From positions 64,001 to 128,000 of the forward strand of contig CBDUPA010000012.1 of assembly GCA_965368975.1 (NCBI GenBank): a DNA stretch of 64,000 nt, read 5' to 3'. Positions 9,612 to 18,295 of the stretch are shown piece by piece; the first letter of the stretch is position 1; every line of letters begins with the position of its first letter. The stretch comes from an uncultured bacterium. GTDB taxonomy: Bacteria > Acidobacteriota > Thermoanaerobaculia > Multivoradales > JAHZIX01. Below the pieces are notes generated by a model, which did no database searches, was not told the DNA's origin, and saw only the letters and a program-made list of their open reading frames with translations. The translations under genes and the position numbers were made by a program.

Positions 9612-10806
9612 CGAAGCTCTCCTCGTCCACCAGTAGGCAGCCCGCTCGCTCACAGTCGTGCTCCACCGTGTCTTCGAAGCCTTGACGCATCAGGCGCTCG
9701 ATGCGGCGGGCGTCGAGATCGAGCAGGCCGACGGCGCCGCCGAAGTCCTCGCGCGGGGAGAAGCGGTGGATGGTCAGCGCGTGGAGGTCGCGGTGGCGCC
9801 GGGCCATGTGGCGGTACAGCGGACCCTCGGTGTCGCCCAGCTCGCGCGCGCGGCGCAGCCAGGCCAGGGCGAGGTTGATGCGCCGCGCGGCGGCGATGTC
9901 GAGGCGGATCTTGGCGGCCCAGGCGATCTGCTGCGAGCGGTAGAGGGTCTCCAGCGTGTTTTCCAGGTGTGACAGCGGCACGGCGCTGATGTCGGGGTCG
10001 AGGTAGACCACGAACAGCTCGCGACCGCCGGCACGGATCGCCGGTTTGAGCGGTGTATTGAGCAGCACGCCGCCGTCGATGTAGGGCTGGGAGCCGACGT
10101 CGGCGGGCGGGTAGAAGCCGGGTAGGGCGCTCGAGGCTTCGATCGCCAGCGGGCCCAGGGTGTCGCTCATGTTGCTGTTGTCGAAGATGCGTAGCTTGCC
10201 GGTGGCCCAGTTGGTGGCGACGATCCGCAGCTGGCGGCTGGAGCGGCGGATGGTCTCGAAGTCGATGCTGCGGCGGATGGTGCGGCTCCACGGCTCGCGC
10301 GAGACGAAGCTCGAGAAGTTGACCAGCTCCGCCGAGCGTTGCACCAGGCCCTCATCGTGACTACTGGCCGCGTGCACTAGGCGCTGCAGGCCTTCCCAGC
10401 CCAGTGACGCGCTGTCGCGCGCCAGGCGCAGGGCGGTCGAGAAGGGGTTGGGGAAGTAGCAGCGTGGGTCCAGGTACTCGGTCGGGGAAGCCTTGATGCG
10501 GTAGGCACCGTTGCCGCACGAGCCGGGGCGCTCGGCCAGCTGTTGGCGCCACACGTCGGCCAGGCGCCCGGCCGAGGCGTTGCCCAGATGGTCCCAGTTG
10601 GCGGCCAGGAAGGCGGCGTTGAAGGAGCCGATGGAGGTGCCGGCGAAGATGCCCGGGTCCAGTGACTGGTGACCGGTGGCAGACGAGCGGCCAGCTGCCA
10701 GGGCCTCGACGACGCCGACTCCGTAAGCACCGTCGGCACCGCCGCCGGAGAGCACCAGCGCTTGCGCGGTCGAGGAACCCGTGGAAGAACTAGTCGAGGC
10801 GCTCAT
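9595..10806 (-). CDS. Patatin-like phospholipase / acyl hydrolase
   Basis: LVLSGGGADGAYGVG (oxyanion loop), GTSIG (nucleophile elbow), ASSALPG, YIDGG; ATG 10806 overlaps the upstream stop. Confidence 0.93.
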   Translation of the reverse strand: MSASTSSSTGSSTAQALVLSGGGADGAYGVGVVEALAAGRSSATGHQSLDPGIFAGTSIGSFNAAFLAANWDHLGNASAGRLADVWRQQLAERPGSCGNGAYRIKASPTEYLDPRCYFPNPFSTALRLARDSASLGWEGLQRLVHAASSHDEGLVQRSAELVNFSSFVSREPWSRTIRRSIDFETIRRSSRQLRIVATNWATGKLRIFDNSNMSDTLGPLAIEASSALPGFYPPADVGSQPYIDGGVLLNTPLKPAIRAGGRELFVVYLDPDISAVPLSHLENTLETLYRSQQIAWAAKIRLDIAAARRINLALAWLRRARELGDTEGPLYRHMARRHRDLHALTIHRFSPREDFGGAVGLLDLDARRIERLMRQGFEDTVEHDCERAGCLLVDEESFDETPE

Positions 10807-11825
10807 GGCAGGTACCTGAACAGTTCGGGGGCGGGGACGTCCTGGCGCAGGGCCGGCGCGGCGCTCGACAAGCCCCAGTGCCGCCAGCGCGCGTCGCCGG
10901 CATGGCGCAGCAGGGCGTGGAGCAGGTCGTCGCGGCCGTTGGCGCGCTGCCACAGGTGCAGTGCGCTGTGCACGCCGTGGCTCCAGGCCGTTGCTGCGTC
11001 CCGGTTGGCCGTTGGGTTGGGCGTGAGGTTGGACAGGGTGGTGGGTAGGGCGCGTTCGAGGATCGCCGGCTGGCGCAGGTTGACCAGCGTAAGCGCCCAG
11101 GCCAGGCCGCTGAGCGCGTTGAGCCGCGCCAGCGGATGGGGGGCGTCGCGCTGTGCGCGCGCCAGTGCCTGCTCGACCGAACCCACGTAGGGCAGGGCAT
11201 GGAAGGGGGAGAAGTAGAGGCCGCGGCCGTAGCCGTGCCACAGGTAGGGCACCAGGTGGGGGGCCAGGCGGTGCAGGTCGCGGTCCGCGCGGTGTAGCAG
11301 GCGAGCGTCACCGTCGGCGCGCAGGCCGAGCACCAGGCCGCTGGCTTCGAAGGTGACCTCGGCCCAGCCGGGGTGAGAGTGCCGTCGCGCGGCATCAAGG
11401 AGTTGCTCGAAGGGCTCGTCGAAGCTAGGCAGCGCGGCTGGGGCGCGCAGCGTCCGCGACGCCAGCTGCATGCCGAGACCTGGGTGCACGCAGGCCAAGG
11501 TTGCGCTCGGTAGGCCGTCGCGACCCAGGGGCGTGGACTCCAGGTGCTCGGCAGCCAGCCAGCCCAGCCCTTCCCAGGTCCACAAGCGACGCCAGGGCGC
11601 TAGCTCGTTGGTGCTGTGCAGGGAGCGGCTCAGGTCGCCGCGCCAATACGGGTCGGCGTGGCGGAAGAAGGTGAAGGCCTGCACCCGGTTTTGGAACTCC
11701 TGCCACACCGCCTGCTGCCCGGGCAGACGCTTGGCGGCCAGCGCCCAACCCTCGGCCATCGCCAGCGGTAGCAGGCTGACGGCGCGTGGCGCCAGGCCGT
11801 CGAGGCTGGGCAGCAGGTCTCTCAC
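10803..11825 (-). CDS. Helical hypothetical protein, paralog of 20149-21453 (loosely DUF1702-like)
   Basis: GTG 11825 overlaps the upstream TGA. Motifs WEGLG, HPGLGMQLA, EASGL, WHGYGRGLYF, SGLAWALTLVN are shared with the paralog. Confidence 0.75.
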   Translation of the reverse strand: MRDLLPSLDGLAPRAVSLLPLAMAEGWALAAKRLPGQQAVWQEFQNRVQAFTFFRHADPYWRGDLSRSLHSTNELAPWRRLWTWEGLGWLAAEHLESTPLGRDGLPSATLACVHPGLGMQLASRTLRAPAALPSFDEPFEQLLDAARRHSHPGWAEVTFEASGLVLGLRADGDARLLHRADRDLHRLAPHLVPYLWHGYGRGLYFSPFHALPYVGSVEQALARAQRDAPHPLARLNALSGLAWALTLVNLRQPAILERALPTTLSNLTPNPTANRDAATAWSHGVHSALHLWQRANGRDDLLHALLRHAGDARWRHWGLSSAAPALRQDVPAPELFRYLP

Positions 11826-13018
11826 GAGCGCACCAAGTCCAGCAGCTGGCGGCCGGGCGAAGCGCTCAGACGCACGGCGTAGAAGGTGGAGGTGGCATGG
11901 GGGGCGACGCCGACCGCCGAGTTGTCGGTGAGGATTCCCTGCAGGCCGTCGAAGCAGCCGCTGGTGGTGGTGATCGGTTGGAAGGCACCGAAGCGCAGCG
12001 CCTGCTGCTCGGGCAGGCCGCGCAGGCGCAGCACGAAGGAGCGCCCCTCGCCGCCCCGGGTTTCGAAGCTGCCGAGCTGCCGGCCGTCGGGTGTGCGCAG
12101 GAAGAACTCGTTGCGGCTGTCGAAGGGGATCGGACGCACGAGGGTGCCGGGAGCGCCCGGATCCAGGATGTTCAGGAATACCTTCGAGGTCATGCGTCCG
12201 ACCACGCGCCCGACTTCGACCTGCGTGCGCAGGCCCCGCTCCCCGTCGACCGCGCAGCGCAGGCGCAGCTGGGTCAGCTCTTGCTCGAGCTGGAAGCCGC
12301 GTGGAGTGCCGTCGGGGTGGAAGAGGAACTCGGTACGCGACTGCTTGCTGTGCTTGCGACCGTGGAAGTGCAGGTGGTGGATGCCCGGGTGTGTTCCGGT
12401 GCCGGTGTCGGGACTGCCGGTGTCGGGACTGCCGGTGTAGGGGGGGCCGGCGCCGAGGTCGTTGCTGAGCAAGCTCTCGACGGGGTTGAGCACGCGCAGG
12501 GTGAGGCGACCGCGGAACCCGGAGTCGGGACGCAGCTCGCCGTTGTAGGTGAAGGTGCCGTCGCCTTGCGCCAGCTTGCCGAAGCCGCGGTGCAGCACGC
12601 CCACCGCGGCGGCCCACAGGCGACCGTCGCCCGTCGGGAAGGTGCAGCCGGTGCCGAAAGCTTGGAAGCCGTCGCGCTCACTGGCGAAGCGGCACTCGGT
12701 GCCGACCATGGCGAAGCGCTGCGGGCGCTCCGGTCGGAAGGGAGTGGCCGGGGGGAGCTGGCCGGGGCGGGCGGCGTAGTCGTCGGGCATGAACAGCCAG
12801 CGCTGCGTCAGGTTTGCCAGCGGCGTGCCTTCGGGCGCGCTGCCGAAGGGGTACGCCGCGTCGACCAACTCGAAGCCGACCACGTCGCCGCCGTGCCGCA
12901 AGCCACGGCTCCGGTTCTCGACGCACGCCGTGACCAGGTCGAAGTAGGCGCTGCGGTCGAGCAACTCCTCGACGATCCCGAACGGGTGGGTCTCGGCGTT
13001 GAGGTCGGGCAACTGCAT
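11822..13018 (-). CDS. Tandem beta-barrel hypothetical protein, paralog 3 of 3 (allene-oxide-cyclase/dirigent-like Gly motifs)
   Basis: ATG 13018. FGTGCTFP, AAAVG..GFGKL..GTFTYNG, GRSF..PEQQALRFG and GCFDGLQG align with 14519-15775 and 15788-16984. Confidence 0.8.
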   Translation of the reverse strand: MQLPDLNAETHPFGIVEELLDRSAYFDLVTACVENRSRGLRHGGDVVGFELVDAAYPFGSAPEGTPLANLTQRWLFMPDDYAARPGQLPPATPFRPERPQRFAMVGTECRFASERDGFQAFGTGCTFPTGDGRLWAAAVGVLHRGFGKLAQGDGTFTYNGELRPDSGFRGRLTLRVLNPVESLLSNDLGAGPPYTGSPDTGSPDTGTGTHPGIHHLHFHGRKHSKQSRTEFLFHPDGTPRGFQLEQELTQLRLRCAVDGERGLRTQVEVGRVVGRMTSKVFLNILDPGAPGTLVRPIPFDSRNEFFLRTPDGRQLGSFETRGGEGRSFVLRLRGLPEQQALRFGAFQPITTTSGCFDGLQGILTDNSAVGVAPHATSTFYAVRLSASPGRQLLDLVRS

Positions 13019-13020
13019 CG

Positions 13021-14076
13021 TTACCTCACGAAGGAGAAGTGGGACTTGCGGAAGCTGTCGCCGAAGGCCTTGGCGCTGCCCTGCTCGAAGTCGATCTCGA
13101 ACATCACGCCGTACATGTAGTAGGACTTGCGCGGCCGGCTCTTGTACCACTCCAGGAACATCCAGAAGACGTTCTCCTGCATCACCGGCTTGAGGTCGGG
13201 TCCCAGCACCTGGCCGATCCACAGGAAGGCGCCGCGGCTGAGTTCGTAGGCGATCAGGGCCAGCTCCTGACGGAACTCGATGCGCGTGGTCAGCCAGCCG
13301 GTGATGCCGATCTCCGGCCGGTAGACGTTGAGCGCCAGGTCGACCTTGTTCTCGGCGATCGGTGGCAGCTTGTCGGCGGTGAAGTGGCGCAGCTGCGAAC
13401 CGACCACCGTCTGCACGTACTCGTCGCCGCTGGTCTCGCCCTTGCCCCAAGTCATGTGCCAGGTGGGGGGATCCGGGTCCATCTCGTCGCCGCCATCGAA
13501 GGCGAAGCGGCGGTTGACGCCCTGCCATTTGCCCGGGAAGCTCTCCAGGCCGGCGGGGTCGAAGGGGGCATCGCTGCCCGCCGCGAAAGCCTTCTCGAGT
13601 GCTTTGGTTTCGACTTCCATGGCCTCGAAGTGGCCGCCCTCGCGGTATTTCTCGAGCACCCCGGCGACGTCGGTGGCGAGGGGGCCGGCGTGCCGCTGGA
13701 AGCCGTTGCGCAGGAACTGCAGCCGGTCGACGTTGCGATCGAGTCGCCGCGCTACGATGTCGAAGTAGCTCTTCTGGGCGATCGCCTCGGAGATCCCACG
13801 CAACTGCTCCAGCTGCTGCTTCTGGTAGTTTCGATCCTGGCGCGGCCAGCGGTCGAGAACCTCGTAGTTGACGCGCAGGTACTTGTTGTCCTGCTTGGGC
13901 AGGGTGCTCTGCCCGGCATAGTCGGAGATCACCCAGGCCGAGAAGGCGGCCTCGTCCAGGTTGTCGTCGAAGATTCTCTCGTGGCCGCTCACCAGGGTCG
14001 TCTCGTGATCGCGTTGGACCGAGACGATGCTGTAGCGGACCAGCTTCACCATGTCGTCGCTCAGGTGGGTATCCAT
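13021..14076 (-). CDS. Hypothetical protein: N-terminal 'RWPRQDR' domain plus C-terminal beta-rich domain
   Basis: ATG 14076 with an AGGAG RBS; LSDDMVKLVRYSIVS..AFSAWVISDY..YLRV..RWPRQDR. Confidence 0.85.
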   Translation of the reverse strand: MDTHLSDDMVKLVRYSIVSVQRDHETTLVSGHERIFDDNLDEAAFSAWVISDYAGQSTLPKQDNKYLRVNYEVLDRWPRQDRNYQKQQLEQLRGISEAIAQKSYFDIVARRLDRNVDRLQFLRNGFQRHAGPLATDVAGVLEKYREGGHFEAMEVETKALEKAFAAGSDAPFDPAGLESFPGKWQGVNRRFAFDGGDEMDPDPPTWHMTWGKGETSGDEYVQTVVGSQLRHFTADKLPPIAENKVDLALNVYRPEIGITGWLTTRIEFRQELALIAYELSRGAFLWIGQVLGPDLKPVMQENVFWMFLEWYKSRPRKSYYMYGVMFEIDFEQGSAKAFGDSFRKSHFSFVR

Positions 14077-14111
14077 TGTCGCGTTCTCCTGCGCAGCGTG
14101 TTGTGGGGGTG

Positions 14112-14522
14112 TCAGAGTTGGCCGATCTGCTCGCCGATGTCGCGCAGCGTCTCCAGCTTCCGTTTCTCGTACTCGCGGTCCTGGCGCGGCCAGCGGCGCG
14201 ACACCACGAAGTCGACCCGCAGGTCCTTGTGCTCGCCCTCCTGCAGCTGGTCCGCCGGCTCCAGCTGGTGATAGTCGTCGGACTGCAAGTACTCGGTGAT
14301 GCGCCAGGCGGCGAAGGCCTCGGCGGTCATGCTGTCGGTCACCATCACCGTGCCGGAGCCCTGGGGCAAGACGCGCTCGTGGTCGCGCCGGATCGAGACG
14401 AGGGTGTAGGCGACGAGTTTGACCTGGGTGTCGCCCAGGTCGTAGGGCGAGGGCAGGCCGTACTTCTGGGCCGCGCCGCCGGTTGACGTGGTGGGGGGCT
14501 GGTGGGCCGTGGAGTCGCTCAT
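14112..14522 (-). CDS. Small 'RWPRQDR' domain protein
   Basis: VKLVAYTLVSIRRDHE..AFAAWRITEY..LRVDFVVSRRWPRQDREYEKRKLE; ATGA overlap with the upstream gene. Confidence 0.85.
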   Translation of the reverse strand: MSDSTAHQPPTTSTGGAAQKYGLPSPYDLGDTQVKLVAYTLVSIRRDHERVLPQGSGTVMVTDSMTAEAFAAWRITEYLQSDDYHQLEPADQLQEGEHKDLRVDFVVSRRWPRQDREYEKRKLETLRDIGEQIGQL

Positions 14523-15775
14523 CGATGACCTCCGGCGCGCCAGCGACCCTCGGGGTCGACCAGCTGCAGGACGTTGACCATCGACAGCGCGTGCGGCGTG
14601 ATGCCAATGGCCGAGTTGACGGACAGCAGGCCCTGGACGCCCTCGAAGCTGCCGCGACCGGCGACCACCGGGCCGACGCCGCCGTAGCGCATGGCCGGTT
14701 GCTCGGGATGCGTCGGGAAGCTGAGGCCGAAGGAGCGACCCAGGGCGACGCCGGCTTCGATCACCCCGGCGCCGCCGCCGAAGGTGTATTCGTTGTGGGT
14801 GGTGAAAGCGTTGGGTTGCTGGTCGCTGCCGGGCGGTGCCAGGATGTCGAGGTGGACCTCGGCGACCAGCTCGGCGAGCAGCGGACCCAGCGTGGCGGCG
14901 CAGCGCGGGCCGTCGTGGCCGTGGTGCTGGCGGTAGCGCACCGCGCGCATCTGCGCTGGCGTCACCAGGCTGACGTGCCCGGGTGCGGGCGGTGGTCCGT
15001 ACTCGGTGCGCACATTTGGGTCGGCTTTCTCGCCGCGCATCAGGACGTACGTGACGCCGCCTTCGGGATCGTCGAAGACGCCGGATACGGCCGGCATGGA
15101 TTCGGGCTCGCGTTCGCTGCGCAGGCGGCCGTCAGGGTCGAGGATGCGGCAGTCGACGTGACCGCGGAAGCCCAGCTGCGTAAAGCTGCCGTTGAGCGCG
15201 AAGGTGCCCTGCATGCCGCTCAGGCGGCCGAAGCCCTCGCGAACATTGCCCACCGCGCCCGCCAGCAGGTAGGGGCGTCCGGCTACCACCACCGGGTGCG
15301 TGCGGCCGACTGCGTAGCCGCGCACGCCGTGTCCCGGCGCGATCGTGATCTCGACGTCGACCAGGGCGAAAGACTGCGCTCGCCAGGGGTCGAAGAGAGT
15401 TGCCGGCGGTAGCTTTCCCGGTGTCCAGGGGATGTCGTCGGGGCCGATCAGGAAGCGGCCGCTGAGCGTGCCCGTTGCCGCGCCGACCTGCTGGGTCACG
15501 CGCAGTCCGCCGTCGGCACGCGGGCTGGCTTCGGCCTCGAAGGGGTGCAGGGCGCTGCGCGCATCGAGGCCGTAGCCGCCGTGGATGCCGAAGTAGTCGT
15601 CGGGGTGGCCGGGGGTGAGCGTCGCCTGCCGCTCGCTGTAGCCGCGGTCCGGGACGGCGAAGAAGACGAAGTTGGCGGCCTGGTCGAGCAGGTGTTGCAC
15701 CAGGGGATAGGGCGAGGTCAGCCGGTTGACGTCGGGCAGCTGCGCGGGTTGGGCGCTCGGGGTCGTCATGGTCAT
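14519..15775 (-). CDS. Tandem beta-barrel hypothetical protein, paralog 2 of 3
   Basis: AAAGGAGG RBS; AGAVGNVREGFGRLSGMQGTFALNG, GRSFGL..PEQPAMRYG, GSFEGVQG. Confidence 0.85.
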   Translation of the reverse strand: MTMTTPSAQPAQLPDVNRLTSPYPLVQHLLDQAANFVFFAVPDRGYSERQATLTPGHPDDYFGIHGGYGLDARSALHPFEAEASPRADGGLRVTQQVGAATGTLSGRFLIGPDDIPWTPGKLPPATLFDPWRAQSFALVDVEITIAPGHGVRGYAVGRTHPVVVAGRPYLLAGAVGNVREGFGRLSGMQGTFALNGSFTQLGFRGHVDCRILDPDGRLRSEREPESMPAVSGVFDDPEGGVTYVLMRGEKADPNVRTEYGPPPAPGHVSLVTPAQMRAVRYRQHHGHDGPRCAATLGPLLAELVAEVHLDILAPPGSDQQPNAFTTHNEYTFGGGAGVIEAGVALGRSFGLSFPTHPEQPAMRYGGVGPVVAGRGSFEGVQGLLSVNSAIGITPHALSMVNVLQLVDPEGRWRAGGHR

Positions 15776-15787
15776 CGCAGCCTCCTT

Positions 15788-16984
15788 TCACGTGGCACGG
15801 AAGCGCGCCTCGGGGTCGAGCAGGCGGGCGACGTAGCGGTTGGTGATGACGTGGTCGAAGGGCGGAGGTCCGAAGACCGAGCCGGCGGTGCCGTAGATCA
15901 TGCCCTGAGCGCCGCGCAAGCAGCCCTTGCTGCCGACCACGGCGCCGAAGTAGCCGAAGCGCAGCGCCGGTGCCTCGGGGGCGCCGGGTAGCTGCATCTG
16001 GATGCTGCGCCCTTCCAGGAAGTTGGCGGTCAGGCTACCGACGGTGGTGCCGGCGGCGTCGTGGAAGAAATACTCGCTGACGCCTTCGAATTGGAACGGG
16101 GTGGCCGCTGTGCCGGCGCCCGGACGGCGCGCCTGGGTTTCGCGCCCAAAGCCGATCTCCAAGCCGAGCCGGGCGCCGATCTGGAACTCCTGCACGCGCA
16201 GGCCGTCGCGGCTGCTGAAGTCGGCACTCGCGTGCTTCAGGTGTACAGGGATGTTGACGCCGCGCGGCTCGCCCTCCGGCGTCGTGCTCCAGTGGTTCTC
16301 GAGCTGCGGGTCGTCGTCTTTCTGCGCCACCCAGGTGAGCAGCGTCGCGGAGCGATCGGGGAACGGCACCGGGTCGAGGGCGGGCAGCTCAGCGCCGCCG
16401 CGCCGCAGCTTGCCGCGTGGGTCGACCAAGCGCACCATGATGTGTCCCTGGAAGCCGGCTTCGGCGCTCAGATCGCCGCACAGGGTGTAGTTGCCCTGCA
16501 CGCCGCGCAGGCGGCCGAAGCCCTCGGTGAGGTTGCCCACCGCCGCCGCCAGAAGCCGCGGTCCTCCGCCGGACGCCCCCCCGGGGGACCACATTGGAAA
16601 GGTGCGACCGGTACCGAAGCTGTGGAAGCCGTCGCCGCTGCCGAAGCTGAACGTGGCGCGTCGCAGTTCGAAGCGCTGGCTGCGGTCGGGATCGAGTTCG
16701 GTGAGCGGTGGCGTGTGGCCCGGGCGCGCCAAGGTGGACCACGGGATCATGCGCAGCTCGAGGTCGAGCCGGCCTTCGGCTGCGGCCACCTGGTTGCGCG
16801 CCTGCACGCCGGTGGTCATGGACGGCGGCAGTAAGTCGATGCGGCAGCGGTGGATCGCCAGCTGCTGACGCAGGCCGCCTGCCGCACCGCCGGCGGGCGC
16901 GGTCTCGGGCACTACGAACAGGTCGAAGCTCGCGGCCTGGTCGACCAGGTGTTGCAACGCAGGGGCTGAGTGCCGATCGCTCAT
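15788..16984 (-). CDS. Tandem beta-barrel hypothetical protein, paralog 1 of 3
   Basis: AAGGAGG RBS; FGTGRTFP, AAAVGNLTEGFGRLRGVQGNYTLCG, GRSIQM..PEAPALRFG, GCLRGAQG. Confidence 0.85.
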   Translation of the reverse strand: MSDRHSAPALQHLVDQAASFDLFVVPETAPAGGAAGGLRQQLAIHRCRIDLLPPSMTTGVQARNQVAAAEGRLDLELRMIPWSTLARPGHTPPLTELDPDRSQRFELRRATFSFGSGDGFHSFGTGRTFPMWSPGGASGGGPRLLAAAVGNLTEGFGRLRGVQGNYTLCGDLSAEAGFQGHIMVRLVDPRGKLRRGGAELPALDPVPFPDRSATLLTWVAQKDDDPQLENHWSTTPEGEPRGVNIPVHLKHASADFSSRDGLRVQEFQIGARLGLEIGFGRETQARRPGAGTAATPFQFEGVSEYFFHDAAGTTVGSLTANFLEGRSIQMQLPGAPEAPALRFGYFGAVVGSKGCLRGAQGMIYGTAGSVFGPPPFDHVITNRYVARLLDPEARFRAT

Positions 16985-17024
16985 GGCGAGGCCTCCTTCC
17001 GGGAGTCGGAGAGCGAGTGCGGGA

Positions 17025-17573
17025 CTACAGGCGGTCGATGGCTTCCTTGATGCCTTCCAATTCTTCTAGCTTACGCTTCTCGTACTCACGGTCTTGCCGC
17101 GGCCAGCGATCCTTGACCGACCAGGAGACGCGCAGGTACTTGCGGTCGTTGGAGTCCATGTTGGTCTCGCTGGCGTAGTCGGAGATGACCCAGGTGGCAA
17201 AGGCGTCGTCGGTCAGCTTGTCGTCGAAGATCTTTTCCTGCTCCTTGACCAGGACTTCTTCTTTGTCGCGCTGGATCGAGACGATGCTGTAGCGCACCAG
17301 TTTGACCATGTCGTCGTTGAGGTTACGGTCGCTCATGATGGTGTCCTCTCGGGATGGTGGGGGTTGAGTCGTGGGTTGCGGCAGTACCGGGCCGCCAGTG
17401 CGGGTTGCGGAAGGCGGGGTGACGCCGGCCGGGGGCCGGGGTTCTCGAGCCACCTCTGCCACGGGATCCGCTGTGAAGCGCTGCACCTCGTGCAGGGTCT
17501 GGCCGGCCAGCTCGAAGATGGCACTCGAGAAGGCCAGAGGCAGGCGGATCAGGTGGCGGAAGAGCTCGAACAT
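17025..17573 (-). CDS. Protein with amphipathic N-terminal helix, Pro-rich linker and C-terminal 'RWPRQDR' domain
   Basis: ATG 17573 (MFELFRHLIRLPLAFSSAIFEL); the C-terminal ~100 aa are highly similar to the N-terminus of 13021-14076; possible internal start at 17336. Confidence 0.8.
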   Translation of the reverse strand: MFELFRHLIRLPLAFSSAIFELAGQTLHEVQRFTADPVAEVAREPRPPAGVTPPSATRTGGPVLPQPTTQPPPSREDTIMSDRNLNDDMVKLVRYSIVSIQRDKEEVLVKEQEKIFDDKLTDDAFATWVISDYASETNMDSNDRKYLRVSWSVKDRWPRQDREYEKRKLEELEGIKEAIDRL

Positions 17574-17589
17574 GGATCTCTCGCGGTTC

Positions 17590-17994
17590 TCAGGAGCCGG
17601 CCGGCACCGGGCCCCAGCCCTCGGGCGGCGCCTGGGCGGCTGCGTCCTGAGGGGCTGCGGCCTGATGGGCAGTGTCCTGATGGGCAGTGTCCTGATGGGC
17701 GGCGTCGTGATGCGCTGCATCGGAGTGCGCTGACGACGGCGAAGCGGCACTGTCGCCCATGGCACCGAAGACCAGGTCGAGCGTGCTGCTCTGCACGCGG
17801 TCGCCCAGGTCGTAGACCTCCTGCAGTCCTTCGCCCAGCTGGTCGCGCGCCGCCGAGCTGACGGCGTCGAGGGCTTCGGTGACCTTGCCGGGGCGGGTCC
17901 ACTCTTGCGGCGTGGCCAGGCTCGCCATCTGTTTCATGGCGAACAGCGGCAGGGTCCAGCCGAAGCGCAGCATGGCCTTGGTCAGGTCGCGCAT
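17590..17994 (-). CDS. Small amphipathic helical protein with HQDTA-repeat tail
   Basis: MRDLTKAMLRFGWTLPLFAMKQM..YDLGDRVQ; paralog of 17998-18279; 3-bp gap to the upstream gene. Confidence 0.82.
   Translation of the reverse strand: MRDLTKAMLRFGWTLPLFAMKQMASLATPQEWTRPGKVTEALDAVSSAARDQLGEGLQEVYDLGDRVQSSTLDLVFGAMGDSAASPSSAHSDAAHHDAAHQDTAHQDTAHQAAAPQDAAAQAPPEGWGPVPAGS
17631..17733. repeat. In-frame 15-bp tandem repeat (about 7 degenerate units, CCTGATGGGCAGTGT core)
   Basis: Directly visible; encodes HSDAA-HHDAA-HQDTA-HQDTA-HQAAA-PQDAA. Confidence 0.85.
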
Positions 17995-17997
17995 GGC

Positions 17998-18279
17998 CTA
18001 CGGGCCGTCCGTGCCGGTGCTGGTGCGGGTGCCGGCGTCGACGGCCGAGAAGGCGGCATCGACCACCCGGCGCTGCAGCTGGTCGCCCTGCTCGTAGAGC
18101 TTGCGCAGCTGCGGCCCCATGTGGCGTTCGGCTTCTTCGGCCAGGGCGTCGAAGGTCTCGGTGGCGGCCTCGAGTGGTCGCTGACCTTCGCCGGGTTTGA
18201 CCAGCTTGACCATCTGGTCCAAGCCGAGCATCGGCATGGCCCAGGAGAAGCGGAGCATCGATCGGGTGAGTTCTCGCAT
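17998..18279 (-). CDS. Small amphipathic helical protein (93 aa)
   Basis: AAAGGA RBS then ATG 18279; MRELTRSMLRFSWAMPMLGLDQM..YEQGDQLQRRVVD. Confidence 0.82.
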   Translation of the reverse strand: MRELTRSMLRFSWAMPMLGLDQMVKLVKPGEGQRPLEAATETFDALAEEAERHMGPQLRKLYEQGDQLQRRVVDAAFSAVDAGTRTSTGTDGP

Positions 18280-18295
18280 GTGGGATCCTTTACAT

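Noticed and set aside
17631-17733. CRISPR array
   Set aside because: The repeats are contiguous 15-mers with no spacers, lie in frame within a CDS, and no cas genes are present.
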